In this document: piece by piece, positions 30,045 through 39,053 of the stretch | How positions within the stretch are numbered: the first letter of the stretch is position 1 | Layout: every line of letters begins with the position of its first letter | Assembly (NCBI GenBank): GCA_003597935.1 | Contig: QZJT01000058.1 | Location: forward strand, 3,639-67,638 | Length of the DNA: 64,000 nucleotides | Source: Phycisphaerales bacterium | GTDB taxonomy: Bacteria > Planctomycetota > Phycisphaerae > UBA1845 | Direction of reading: 5' to 3' | Made by a program: the position numbers and the translations under genes | The notes under the pieces: generated by a model | Told to the model about the DNA's origin: nothing | Database searches by the model: none | Seen by the model: the letters and a program-made list of their open reading frames with translations, nothing else

Positions 30045-30215
30045 TTTTCCCTCAAAACGAGAAATCTCGGAATTCCGTGAAAGATGTTTCCGCGAACCGG
30101 GAATAGGTATCGGGAGAGAGGGACCCCGTACGCCGAAGGCCGGGGGGAGGGCGTGCCTCCCCACCTCTGCGGTGCCATGCGGTGCTTGAGCAGTCGTGAA
30201 AAGGAGGATGTTGCC

Positions 30216-31478
30216 GTGAGAAAGCGATGGATGGTGGGCGCGGTCGTCGGTCTGATGGCCTTGCCGGCGTGGGCGCAGTTTGAGAGTGGATCGGACGGAT
30301 CGGATGGCGATCTCGATATCACTGAGAATACGATCATCGAACTGGATCGGGCACTGACAGGCGCTTGGGACACACCCATTCCGCCGGAAAACGAAGGGCA
30401 AGGAATCTACGATCCGCTAAGATGGGCAGCCGTGTTCAAGTACAAGACCATCACCATACGGCCGGGTGTGATCGTCACCTTCAAGAACCACCCCAAGAAC
30501 CCGCCCGTCGTGTGGCTCGCCCAGGGCGACGTTATTATCGATGGTGCGGTTTCTGTGGCTGGGCAACCTGGACACGCCAACAACCTGCCGAACTACCGGT
30601 TGCCAGGTCCTGGAGGCTTTGAAGGCGGACTCGGCGGTCCAGGCCAACAGAACGGGTTTCCGGGACTGGGTCCGGGAGGCGCCTCCAGCTTTGATAGCGG
30701 TGGGAGCTATGGGACTGGGGGCCAAGGACCGAACGCAGGCGAAGTCTACGGGAATGTCGCCATTGTTCCGCTTATCGGTGGATCTGGTGGAGGCGGAGAT
30801 CAAAGCCCCAGTGGTTATACGGGGGGTGGGACGGGAGGCGGAGCCATTCTAATTGCGTCGTCCACAAAGATCTCGCTTAACGTGTTCAATGAAGGCGTAT
30901 TTGCTGACGGGGGCGACGCCGGGAGCGTAAGTCGGCTTGGCGGCGGGGGAGGCAGCGGAGGTGGTATCCGCCTGCTGGCAAATGAGGTGAGTGGAGCAGG
31001 ACGCCTCTCGGCATCCGGCGGAAACGGTTACCTCACAGACGGAGGTAAGGGGCGTATCCGCGTAGAAGCCCCGGTCATTCGACTAACGCAACCCAGCGAT
31101 CCGCCGTATACTATCGAATTCTCGCCCGGGCCGGTCTTTCCACCTGCGGGTGCTCCGACGCTCAAAGCCGTCAAGCTCGGCAAGAAGAAGTTGCCCGCCG
31201 ATCCCGACGCGGGCATTACCACCACCGACCTGGAAATCAGCGCCGAAGCGGCTACCCTCTACATCGAGGCGACGAACATCCCACTGCCACCACCCCCACA
31301 GAAGATCACCGTCAAGGTCTACGTCATCGAAGCCCTGGGCGAGCGTAGGGAACTCGAATCCACGCCCCTGGAGGATGCCGGCAGAGGCAAGCTCACAGCC
31401 GAAAGGTTGATCGACCCGCTTCCTACAGGCCGGTTCGAGATTCAACTCATGGCCAACTGGGTCAACCCGGAACCATAA
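30216..31478 (+). CDS. secreted glycine-rich beta-solenoid-like protein
   Basis: AAGGAGG lies 8 nt before the GTG at 30216. The signal is VRKRWMVGAVVGLMALPAWAQ. It carries repeated GGxGGGG...GGAILI / GGGGSGGGIRL blocks. Confidence 0.6.
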   Translation: MRKRWMVGAVVGLMALPAWAQFESGSDGSDGDLDITENTIIELDRALTGAWDTPIPPENEGQGIYDPLRWAAVFKYKTITIRPGVIVTFKNHPKNPPVVWLAQGDVIIDGAVSVAGQPGHANNLPNYRLPGPGGFEGGLGGPGQQNGFPGLGPGGASSFDSGGSYGTGGQGPNAGEVYGNVAIVPLIGGSGGGGDQSPSGYTGGGTGGGAILIASSTKISLNVFNEGVFADGGDAGSVSRLGGGGGSGGGIRLLANEVSGAGRLSASGGNGYLTDGGKGRIRVEAPVIRLTQPSDPPYTIEFSPGPVFPPAGAPTLKAVKLGKKKLPADPDAGITTTDLEISAEAATLYIEATNIPLPPPPQKITVKVYVIEALGERRELESTPLEDAGRGKLTAERLIDPLPTGRFEIQLMANWVNPEP

Positions 31479-31592
31479 ACCCGTGCGGACCGCGCCGCGA
31501 CGACGGTGAGTTCCAGTCGCCACGGATAAGCCCCGTGCCGGCGCACAACCTCGTCGCGAGCGCGGTCCGTGAAAGGTCGCAGGAGCGATACT

Positions 31593-32051
31593 ATGAGAAT
31601 ATATGCTTTGATAGTGCTCACATGCGCGGCGGCGCTGGGCGGCAATTCCGGCGCTTCGACGGATGCGCCGTCCTACGTCTCCCTTCCTGTCGCAGAAGCC
31701 TTCACTGGTTGGACAGTTTTCTCGATCCGTGACGGCCGGACGGCGCCGCCCGAGGCGCAGGGCCTGTTCACGGAGAGTATTTCACGGGCTTGGAGCATCC
31801 TGAACCGCTCCAGCGTTTCCGGGCCGTTCACGGAAGCGATATCGCGCTCGCTCACGGTTTTGAACGGAGCGGCGGCGCCGAGCCAGTTCACGGAGGCGAT
31901 CTCGCGGGCGTGGACGGTCTCGAACCAAAGCGCAGGCCCCTTGCTCGCGACCGAAGCCGTCTCACGCGCGTGGACCATATTCGCCACGGGCGATGGCGGG
32001 ATGGTGTTTACGGAGAGCATTTCCCGCGCCCACACGGTTCAGAACGAATGA
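31593..32051 (+). CDS. small secreted protein made of five 20-aa tandem repeats (FTEAISRAWTVxN)
   Basis: AGGAG lies 7 nt before the ATG. The signal is MRIYALIVLTCAAALG. The repeat period is 60 bp from about 31758 to 32045. Confidence 0.6.
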   Translation: MRIYALIVLTCAAALGGNSGASTDAPSYVSLPVAEAFTGWTVFSIRDGRTAPPEAQGLFTESISRAWSILNRSSVSGPFTEAISRSLTVLNGAAAPSQFTEAISRAWTVSNQSAGPLLATEAVSRAWTIFATGDGGMVFTESISRAHTVQNE

Positions 32052-32129
32052 CCGGGCAATTGGAGCGTTTGTGTGCCACGTCGGGCCGTTCGGTCTGACG
32101 GACGAGACCGCTTTTCAGGAGGCAGAATC

Positions 32130-33392
32130 ATGCGCAGGCAATGGAGATGGGTTTGGACATGGGTAGCGTTTGCCGTCACTACGACCCCGGTGCTCCCGGC
32201 GGCGCCCATCGCGGACCGCGGCGGCTCGCAGGCGGCGACGTGCCGGTCGCTGCGGCGTTTCGCCAAGGTAACCGTCTGCAAACCGGGCGGCGTGGAAACG
32301 GGGTTCTTCACCGGTGACGATGACAATGGCGGCGCGCGGTTGACCCTCAAGAACGGGACGAAGGACAACAACGAGACGATCGTCCTCGATGGAAATCACC
32401 TTGGCGACGCCGCCGGCCTCATGCGCCTGGGCACATCAACCCTGAATGATTCCATCGTTCTGGACGCGTTCTCTATCGATCGGGGCGCGTTTATAAACAT
32501 AAAGAACTCCTCGACCGGTACAATAAACATGTTCGGTGGTGTTGGTGATGACGGTGCGCGAGTATCCCTAGGCAATGGGCAGATAAATCGGGAGACGATC
32601 TCTCTGGATGCACGGGCCGAAAGAGACTCAGGAATGATCACGCTTCACGACGGATTCGGCAATCCCACGCTTCAACTCATGGGCGCTCGGAACGATCAAC
32701 CGGAGCAGAATGGAGGGTTCCTCCGCATTACCAAGGACGGAACAGCTCGAATAGATATGTTGGCTGATGTTGTGGAGAACGGCCCTTACATTTCGATGCT
32801 GAATAGCGCGTTGAATGGAACCGTTTCTCTAGCTGCTGGTCAAGGAGTGCCTGGGGCGGGCGGAAGGATCACACTCGGTCCATTCGGCGGCGGTTCATCC
32901 ATTGTGTTAAACGGTGCGACTGGGAACATCTGCGCGAACGAATTCAAGGGTATACATTCAGCTCCGGGAAACTGCGCCGACCTCGCCGAGCATTTCGACC
33001 ACTCCGACCCCGCGGTCGTGCGGCCCGGCATGGTCATGGTCATCGACGCGGCCAATGCAGGGCATTTGACGGTCAGCATGCGGGCCTATGACACCAAGGT
33101 GGCGGGAATCGTCTCCGGCGCTGGTGGACTGCAGGCCGGTATGGTGTTGGGAGGGTCGGACTCTGAAGGCGATGACTTGCCCGTCGCGCTGACCGGGCGC
33201 GTCTACTGCTACGTCGATGCGACCGAAGAGCCGATCGAGGTCGGCGACCTGCTCACCACCTCGAATACGCCGGGTCACGCGATGAAGGTGACCGACTTCG
33301 CCCGTTCGCAAGGCTGCGTGCTGGGCAAGGCCATGCAGCCGATAGAAAAGGGCAAGAAGGGCCTGATCCTGGTGCTGGTGGCGTTGCAGTGA
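32130..33392 (+). CDS. secreted repeat protein with a conserved fibre-type C-terminal domain
   Basis: AGGAGG lies 7 nt before the ATG. It has an N-terminal hydrophobic segment and Asn/Gly-rich repeats. The C-terminus DLAEHF...KVAGIVSG...VALTGRVYCYVD...GDLLTTSNTPGHAMK...GKAM...LVLVALQ recurs at the ends of fibre/adhesin-like proteins, by recollection. Confidence 0.6.
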   Translation: MRRQWRWVWTWVAFAVTTTPVLPAAPIADRGGSQAATCRSLRRFAKVTVCKPGGVETGFFTGDDDNGGARLTLKNGTKDNNETIVLDGNHLGDAAGLMRLGTSTLNDSIVLDAFSIDRGAFINIKNSSTGTINMFGGVGDDGARVSLGNGQINRETISLDARAERDSGMITLHDGFGNPTLQLMGARNDQPEQNGGFLRITKDGTARIDMLADVVENGPYISMLNSALNGTVSLAAGQGVPGAGGRITLGPFGGGSSIVLNGATGNICANEFKGIHSAPGNCADLAEHFDHSDPAVVRPGMVMVIDAANAGHLTVSMRAYDTKVAGIVSGAGGLQAGMVLGGSDSEGDDLPVALTGRVYCYVDATEEPIEVGDLLTTSNTPGHAMKVTDFARSQGCVLGKAMQPIEKGKKGLILVLVALQ

Positions 33393-33544
33393 TCGACCGT
33401 GCTCCAAGAAAGGGAAGGCAGGCGCGCCGCAGGCCCGAGGGCGGACTCCTCCCTGCCCCGGGCTGCGGACGACTTGGTCCAGGAGGTCATGATCGCCGCG
33501 GTGCAGACGTTGCGTGTGTGGCGTACGGCGCCGGGAACGGTCTT

Positions 33545-33977
33545 TCACGGCGTGAGAAGCTCGAACGCGCCGAACGTGGAAAAATCTCCGGCGTTCGAGG
33601 TCATGATCCGGCGGACCCCGGCGCTGTACAGCGACGCCGCGAGGTGGGTGTCGATGATGCGTTTGCGCCCCAGTCCGTATTTCGACATCCACTCGAGGAC
33701 GAGATCGATCGCTTCTTGCCCCCGGCGTCACGACCCGGACCTCGCGAGCGCGGAACCAGAAACGTGCGCGGACCATCGCGTCCGCCATAGACAGAGGGCG
33801 GGGGAAACGCCTGCCGTCGGTGACGACGTGCAGGAATTCCAAAACGACGTGCGGCGTGAGCGCCACGGTGTCGCCCGCATCCAGAACCTCGCGTTGGAAC
33901 AATGCACGGGCCTTTGCGTGTCCGGGTACATCGGACACTTCAAGCTGGACCAGAACCGACGTGTCGAGCCCGATCAT
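33545..33977 (-). pseudogene. vapC: PIN-domain VapC-type toxin interrupted by a +1 frameshift in a G5 run
   Basis: MIGLDTSVLV...VVTPG runs in one frame. QEAIDLVLEWMSKYGLGRKRIIDTHLAASLYSAGVRRIMTSNAGDFSTFGAFELLTP-stop runs in the next. The span is 433 nt (3n+1). The shift site is the C5 run at 33719-23 on the plus strand. Confidence 0.75.
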
Positions 33978-34201
33978 GAACGCAGCATCTCGTCCAGGAG
34001 GTCGTCGTCGCGCACCACGCGGCGAAGCGGGGGGCCCAACGAGGTGGGCTTGTGGTCACGCAGTGACGGGCGCTCCTCCACGCCGGAGAGGCGCGCCACC
34101 GGACGGTCGCCATCCGTGATCAGGATCTCGCCGTACAATGGCAATTGCTCGACAAGTTCGGCGAGATCAACTTTGGCATTATGAATGTCGACCGTTTGCA
34201 T
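33974..34201 (-). CDS. Phd/YefM-type antitoxin
   Basis: MQTVDIHNAKVDLAELVEQL..ILITDGDRPVARL. Its stop overlaps the vapC start (ATGA at 33974-33977). Confidence 0.7.
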   Translation of the reverse strand: MQTVDIHNAKVDLAELVEQLPLYGEILITDGDRPVARLSGVEERPSLRDHKPTSLGPPLRRVVRDDDLLDEMLRS

Positions 34202-34205
34202 GTGT

Positions 34206-34310
34206 TCAAATCCCTCGGGGCGGTGGTTCATGCCGCTGGGCGGCTGACGCCTTCGATGGCTCCGACCGGTCGAGGGCGTACGCCAAGATGTTCGTGTCAA
34301 CGGCGTTCAT
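34206..34310 (-). pseudogene. truncated 5' remnant of a second PIN-domain toxin gene
   Basis: It starts MNAVDTNILAYALDRSEP, a PIN N-terminus with the catalytic D, and then stops after 34 codons just before the Phd gene. Confidence 0.5.
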
Positions 34311-34530
34311 GCACTTCGTCGCGCGTCGGGCGCCATCCCTCCAGCCGTATCCCGCCCTGCTCCCGCGAGCGCCGGAACTCCGCACGAGCCCACGCTTCCG
34401 ATTGGGCCGTAACCTCGATACGCCGAATGGCGATGACGAGCCGGGTATGCTCGGGAAGCGGCAACTGCCGCTCCGGTCGCAGGACGCCATTATCGAGGAC
34501 CACGCCGATTTCGCCGTTGATGGCCATCAC
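34297..34530 (-). CDS. DUF104/AF2212-like antitoxin-type small protein
   Basis: The N-terminus MMAINGEIGVVLDNGVLRPERQLPLPEHTRLVIAI matches the usual pattern of antitoxins paired with PIN toxins. It overlaps the PIN remnant start. Confidence 0.5.
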   Translation of the reverse strand: MMAINGEIGVVLDNGVLRPERQLPLPEHTRLVIAIRRIEVTAQSEAWARAEFRRSREQGGIRLEGWRPTRDEVHERR

Positions 34531-34630
34531 CCTATCATACCCGCTTCGGATCGCCGGAAAAAGTGGTTCGGGATATCGCCGTGGAGGGGACCTCCCAGTT
34601 CGTCCGGACCTGTTGTGCAGGCCGATAAAC

Positions 34631-34785
34631 GTCGGGCGACCGGCTGACCACCTCGAATACCATTGGCCACGCGATGAAAGTCACCGACTTCGCTCGTTCG
34701 CAGGGCTGCGTGCTCGGCAAGGCCATGCGGCCGCTGGAGAAGGGCAAGAAGGGATTGATCCTTGTGCTGGTGGCGTTGCAGTGAC
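34631..34785 (+). pseudogene. orphan 3' fragment of a paralogue of the 32130-33392 gene
   Basis: It translates to SGDRLTTSNTIGHAMKVTDFARSQGCVLGKAMRPLEKGKKGLILVLVALQ-stop. It aligns to 33237-33392 with about 20 differences in about 150 nt. An in-frame TAA lies immediately upstream. Confidence 0.75.
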
Positions 34786-34902
34786 CTACCGTTCCCATTC
34801 CCGCCGACTGGAGCGGTGGGTTTGTGTGTTGTAGTTTCCGCGGTCCGCGCGTCCGCGGCCGTGCATGCCTGATGTGCATCCGCACAGGCATTGGAGTGAC
34901 AC

Positions 34903-37900
34903 ATGTCCCGAATTCGTACATCGACCGTGGTTCTCACGTGTTTCCTCTCGGCCGCGGCAGTAGTAAGGGCCCAATCCGTGCGGTACGTCGACGACGACGC
35001 GTTGCCCGGCGGCGACGGGCTGAGTTGGGCGACGGCGTATCGGTATCTGCAGGATGCTATGTTCGACGCCGCATCCGATCCGGGGATTGACGAAGTCCGG
35101 ATCGCGGGCGGGCTACACCGCGCGGACCGGGACGAGGCCGGCAACGTGACCCCGGGCGACCGGCTCGCGACGCTGACGGTCCGCAACGGCCTGCACGTGC
35201 TGGGCGGGTATCGGGGACTGGCCGGCGGCGGCGATCCGAACGACCGCGACATCGGTGCATTCGAGACGATCGTCAGCGGTGACCTGCAGGGCAATGACGG
35301 ACCTGCGTTTTCGAACAACGGCGAGAACAGTTATCACGTCTTCACCGTCACCGGCGTCGGGCCGGGGACGCTGCTTGACGGGATTACGGTTGAGGGTGGG
35401 AATGCCAACGGTCCGGAACCGCACGCACTCGCATCGGCGGTCAACGGGCGTACATCGAGTCCGACGCTGCGCGACTGCACGTTTCGCTCGAACGCCGGTG
35501 GGCCGGTGCTGCTCACACTGGGAGCGGCCCGCATCGAATCCTGCGGTTTCACCGGTAACGCCGGCGGTGCGCTGCGAAACAGTTCAGCGGCCAACGTAAT
35601 CGTGGATTCGACCTTCGCGGACAACAGCGGCGGCGCCCTGCTCAACGGCGACGCTCCCACGGTGGTGGTTCGATGCAGTTTCGACGGCAACACCGGCAGC
35701 TTCGGCGGCGCCGTCAACAACTATCGGAGCGACGGCGTGTTCCTCAACTGCACATTCCACGGCAACGTCGCAGATGAAGGCGGCGCGATCTATAACAATG
35801 GCAGTGATCCGCAGGTCGTCAACTGCATCTTCGTCGGCAACCGGGCGAACTACGACGGCGGCGCGTTCAACAACGTCGTCCAGAGCTTCCCCACGCTCAT
35901 CAACTGCACGGTAGTGGGCAATTACGCCCGGCAGAGCGGGGCGGGCGCCGGCGGCGGTGGATTGAACTCGCAGCACAGCAGCAACCCGACGCTGATCAAT
36001 TGCGTCATTTGGGGCAACAAGGTGAGGGAGTGTCTCAGTCCTGGGCAGGTCTGCGCGTACGTGTCCTCAAGCGAGACGCAACTCAAGCAGACGGGCGGGT
36101 CGTACACGGTGCGTTACAGTTGCATCCAGGGCGGCGCGGCCGGCGTCGGGAATATATCACTGGACCCGTTGTTCACACGGCCGTCGTCGATCGGCGCCGA
36201 CGATGTCCCAGGGACCGGTGATGACGACTACGGCGATCTGCGGCTTCAGGCAGGTTCGCCCGCCGCCGACTCCGGCGACAACGACGCGTTGCCGGCCGAT
36301 GACCATGACCTCGACGCCGACCTGGTCCTGGCAGAGCCCCTGCCGCTGGACCTGACCGACGCGCCGCGCGTCGGCGACGATCCCGTGGCCGCGGACGGCG
36401 GCAATCCGCCGATGGCAGCCCCGTATGTCAACATGGGTGCGTTCGAGGCACCCGTACAGCGCATCCTCGTCAGCGCCCCGTCAGTCAGTGTTCCCGAGGG
36501 CGGCACCAACGATGTCCTCGTGAGCCTGGCGCTGAATCCCGGCGGCCCGGTCGACGTCACGACGACCGTAGCCGACGGCGACCCCGACATCACGGTCCAG
36601 TCGGGCGGAGTGCTCTCTTTCGACGCGACGAATTACGCTGTGGACCAGGTCGTCACGCTCGCGGCCGCGGCCGACGCCGACTTCATCAGCGAAACCGCGA
36701 CCATCCGCCTCTCCGGCGCGGCCGCACCGGACACGTTCGTCGTCGCCCGCGAGATCGACGACGAACCGGTCCCACCGGTCCTCCACGTCGACATCGACAC
36801 CGCACCAGGCGGCAACGGCGCCACCTGGGCGACGGCGATCGATCAGGTGCAGTCGGCGCTGTACGCAGCCGGACACACCAACGGCGGCGTCGAGCGGATC
36901 TGGGTGGCGGAGGGGGTTTATCGCCCCGACCAGGGCGTGGGTGCGATGCAGGGGAGCCGGCTGGCGACGTTCGCGCTGGCCGACGGGCTGGCCGTCCTGG
37001 GTGGTTTCGCCGGAGGTGAGATGAGTGAAGCCGAGCGAGACCCCGACGCGCACCCAACCGTGCTCAGCGGAGATCTCAACGGCGACGATGTGCCGGGCTT
37101 CGTGAACTACACCGATAATGCGTATCATGTCGTTTCCGGTGTTCAAGTCGGCGCGTCGGCCCTGCTCGATGGCTTTACCGTCCGGGGTGGCAACGCCGAC
37201 GGGCCACCGGGCGATCTCAACGTTGGCGGAGGCGTAACGCTGCGCCAGTCCGGCGCCCTGATCCGCCGGTGCGTCATCGAAGACAACCGGGCGTGGACGC
37301 TGGGCGGCGGGCTGTTCATCGGGAATGGAAGCCCCCGCATCGAAGCGTGCCGGCTTCATGGAAATGCCGTTGTCGGCACGGGCAAGGGCGGCGGCGCCGC
37401 CGTATCCGATGGCGGACCGATCATCGCCGGCTGTACGCTCGAGGACAACACGGCCTACTTCGGCGCGGGCGTGTCCAACGAGGTCGACAGCACACCGTTG
37501 TTCGTCAATTGCACCATTCGCAGCAACAAAGCCGTCCAGGAGGGTGGCGGCGTTTACACGAATGCCAGCGACCCGACTTTCGTCAACTGTGTTCTCACGA
37601 ACAACGCCTCCGGATACGAGGGCGGCGCCATGAACAACGTCGTCCAGAGCAATCCTGTTCTCGTCAACTGCACGGTGACGGGGAATGAGACGGGCACGTC
37701 CGGCGCCGGGCTGGGCGGCGGGGGACTCAACGTGCAGCACAGCAGTCACGCGCAGTTGCACAACTGCACTCTATGGAAGAACGTGGACCTCACCGGCGAG
37801 GATACGATGTCCGCCCAGGTGAACTTCGTTTCGGGAGGCTCGGCGACGATCCGCTACAGCGACGTCTCCGGCCTCGGGAGCCCGATCGACGGGAACATCA

Positions 37901-38919
37901 GCAGCGACCCGTTATTCGCTGCTGCGCCGACGCCCGGCCTGGACGGCATCCGCGGAACCGACGACGACGACGACGGCGATCTGCGGCTGACCACCGGCTC
38001 GCCGTGCATCGACGCCGCCGACAACGACCTGGTGCCCACCGACGGTGCGGACCTTGACGGGGACCTGAACGTCGGCGAACCCCTTCCCTTCGACATCGCC
38101 CGCGAGCCGCGCTTCCGCGACGACCCGGCGACCCCTGACACCGGCAACGGCGCCGCGCCGATCGTGGACATGGGTGCGTACGAGTTTCCCGGCATGGACA
38201 CGGATTGCAATGAGAACCAAGTGCCCGACTCAGTGGACATACAGAATGGCACCAGCCCGGACGTTAATGAGAACGGCGTCCCTGACGAGTGCGAGTACGT
38301 CGTCTTCACGGCCGTGGCCGACGCGTTCCTGGCCAGTGGCCACCCCAATCGCAATGAAGGCGCCAACCCGCGGCTCTGGGTCCGCTCGACGGGACACAAC
38401 CGGGCCCTGATGGCGTTCGATCTGAGTTCGATCCAGCCGTCGGACGTGGCGCAGGCCACGCTGGCGCTGACGATCGCGGAAAACCACGACAACTGGGGCG
38501 CCAACAACGATCGCACGGTCGACGCGCATCCGCTCCTCGTGCCGTTTATCGAGGGCAACGGCCAGAATCTGGGCGTGCCGAACCCGGAGTCGACGCGCGG
38601 CGAGGGGGCGGGCGTCACGTGGAATTGTGCAGAGGATGCTGATGTTTCGAACCAGGCGCCCGACTGCCAGTCGCAATGGGATGGAGGGATCTATGGTCCG
38701 CCAACGGCGCCTCCGGTCGTACACGTCAACGGCCTGACCGGCGACGTGTCCTGGGATGTCACGATCGACGTACAGGCCGGCGCTACGAATAGTTGGATCG
38801 TACGCAAGACGAACGAGGGTCAGCCGGGATTCGTGGAGTACTATTCACGCGAGGGTTCGATGGCCGCCTTCGGTAACTTGAGCGCGGCGCCGCGGCTCGT
38901 GATTCTGACGGGAAAATGA
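34903..38919 (+). CDS. giant secreted right-handed beta-helix protein with Pmp-like GGA/FxxN repeats and Asp-rich calcium-type motifs
   Basis: The signal is MSRIRTSTVVLTCFLSAAAVVRAQS. The module (GG.N..G....GGA..N...F..N.A..GGA) is duplicated. There are repeated DDDYGDLRL / DDDDGDLRL and DLDADL / DLDGDL segments. Confidence 0.8.
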   Translation: MSRIRTSTVVLTCFLSAAAVVRAQSVRYVDDDALPGGDGLSWATAYRYLQDAMFDAASDPGIDEVRIAGGLHRADRDEAGNVTPGDRLATLTVRNGLHVLGGYRGLAGGGDPNDRDIGAFETIVSGDLQGNDGPAFSNNGENSYHVFTVTGVGPGTLLDGITVEGGNANGPEPHALASAVNGRTSSPTLRDCTFRSNAGGPVLLTLGAARIESCGFTGNAGGALRNSSAANVIVDSTFADNSGGALLNGDAPTVVVRCSFDGNTGSFGGAVNNYRSDGVFLNCTFHGNVADEGGAIYNNGSDPQVVNCIFVGNRANYDGGAFNNVVQSFPTLINCTVVGNYARQSGAGAGGGGLNSQHSSNPTLINCVIWGNKVRECLSPGQVCAYVSSSETQLKQTGGSYTVRYSCIQGGAAGVGNISLDPLFTRPSSIGADDVPGTGDDDYGDLRLQAGSPAADSGDNDALPADDHDLDADLVLAEPLPLDLTDAPRVGDDPVAADGGNPPMAAPYVNMGAFEAPVQRILVSAPSVSVPEGGTNDVLVSLALNPGGPVDVTTTVADGDPDITVQSGGVLSFDATNYAVDQVVTLAAAADADFISETATIRLSGAAAPDTFVVAREIDDEPVPPVLHVDIDTAPGGNGATWATAIDQVQSALYAAGHTNGGVERIWVAEGVYRPDQGVGAMQGSRLATFALADGLAVLGGFAGGEMSEAERDPDAHPTVLSGDLNGDDVPGFVNYTDNAYHVVSGVQVGASALLDGFTVRGGNADGPPGDLNVGGGVTLRQSGALIRRCVIEDNRAWTLGGGLFIGNGSPRIEACRLHGNAVVGTGKGGGAAVSDGGPIIAGCTLEDNTAYFGAGVSNEVDSTPLFVNCTIRSNKAVQEGGGVYTNASDPTFVNCVLTNNASGYEGGAMNNVVQSNPVLVNCTVTGNETGTSGAGLGGGGLNVQHSSHAQLHNCTLWKNVDLTGEDTMSAQVNFVSGGSATIRYSDVSGLGSPIDGNISSDPLFAAAPTPGLDGIRGTDDDDDGDLRLTTGSPCIDAADNDLVPTDGADLDGDLNVGEPLPFDIAREPRFRDDPATPDTGNGAAPIVDMGAYEFPGMDTDCNENQVPDSVDIQNGTSPDVNENGVPDECEYVVFTAVADAFLASGHPNRNEGANPRLWVRSTGHNRALMAFDLSSIQPSDVAQATLALTIAENHDNWGANNDRTVDAHPLLVPFIEGNGQNLGVPNPESTRGEGAGVTWNCAEDADVSNQAPDCQSQWDGGIYGPPTAPPVVHVNGLTGDVSWDVTIDVQAGATNSWIVRKTNEGQPGFVEYYSREGSMAAFGNLSAAPRLVILTGK

Positions 38920-39053
38920 CTCGGCCGAGGGCGGCGGCCGCACACGCGTGCCGACCGCAAAAACGCTGGCAGTCGCGCCTGGTGTTCCGGCCATCCTCGG
39001 GTAAGCCTACGATGGGCGCGAGATCCCGGGAAGTGGTGGCCGAAGGATAGGTA

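Noticed and set aside
33237-34785. The duplicated gene 3' end could be the variable and template repeats of a diversity-generating retroelement.
   Set aside because: I compared the mismatches between the two copies by eye. They involve all four bases and are mostly synonymous, not adenine-specific. No reverse transcriptase gene is nearby.
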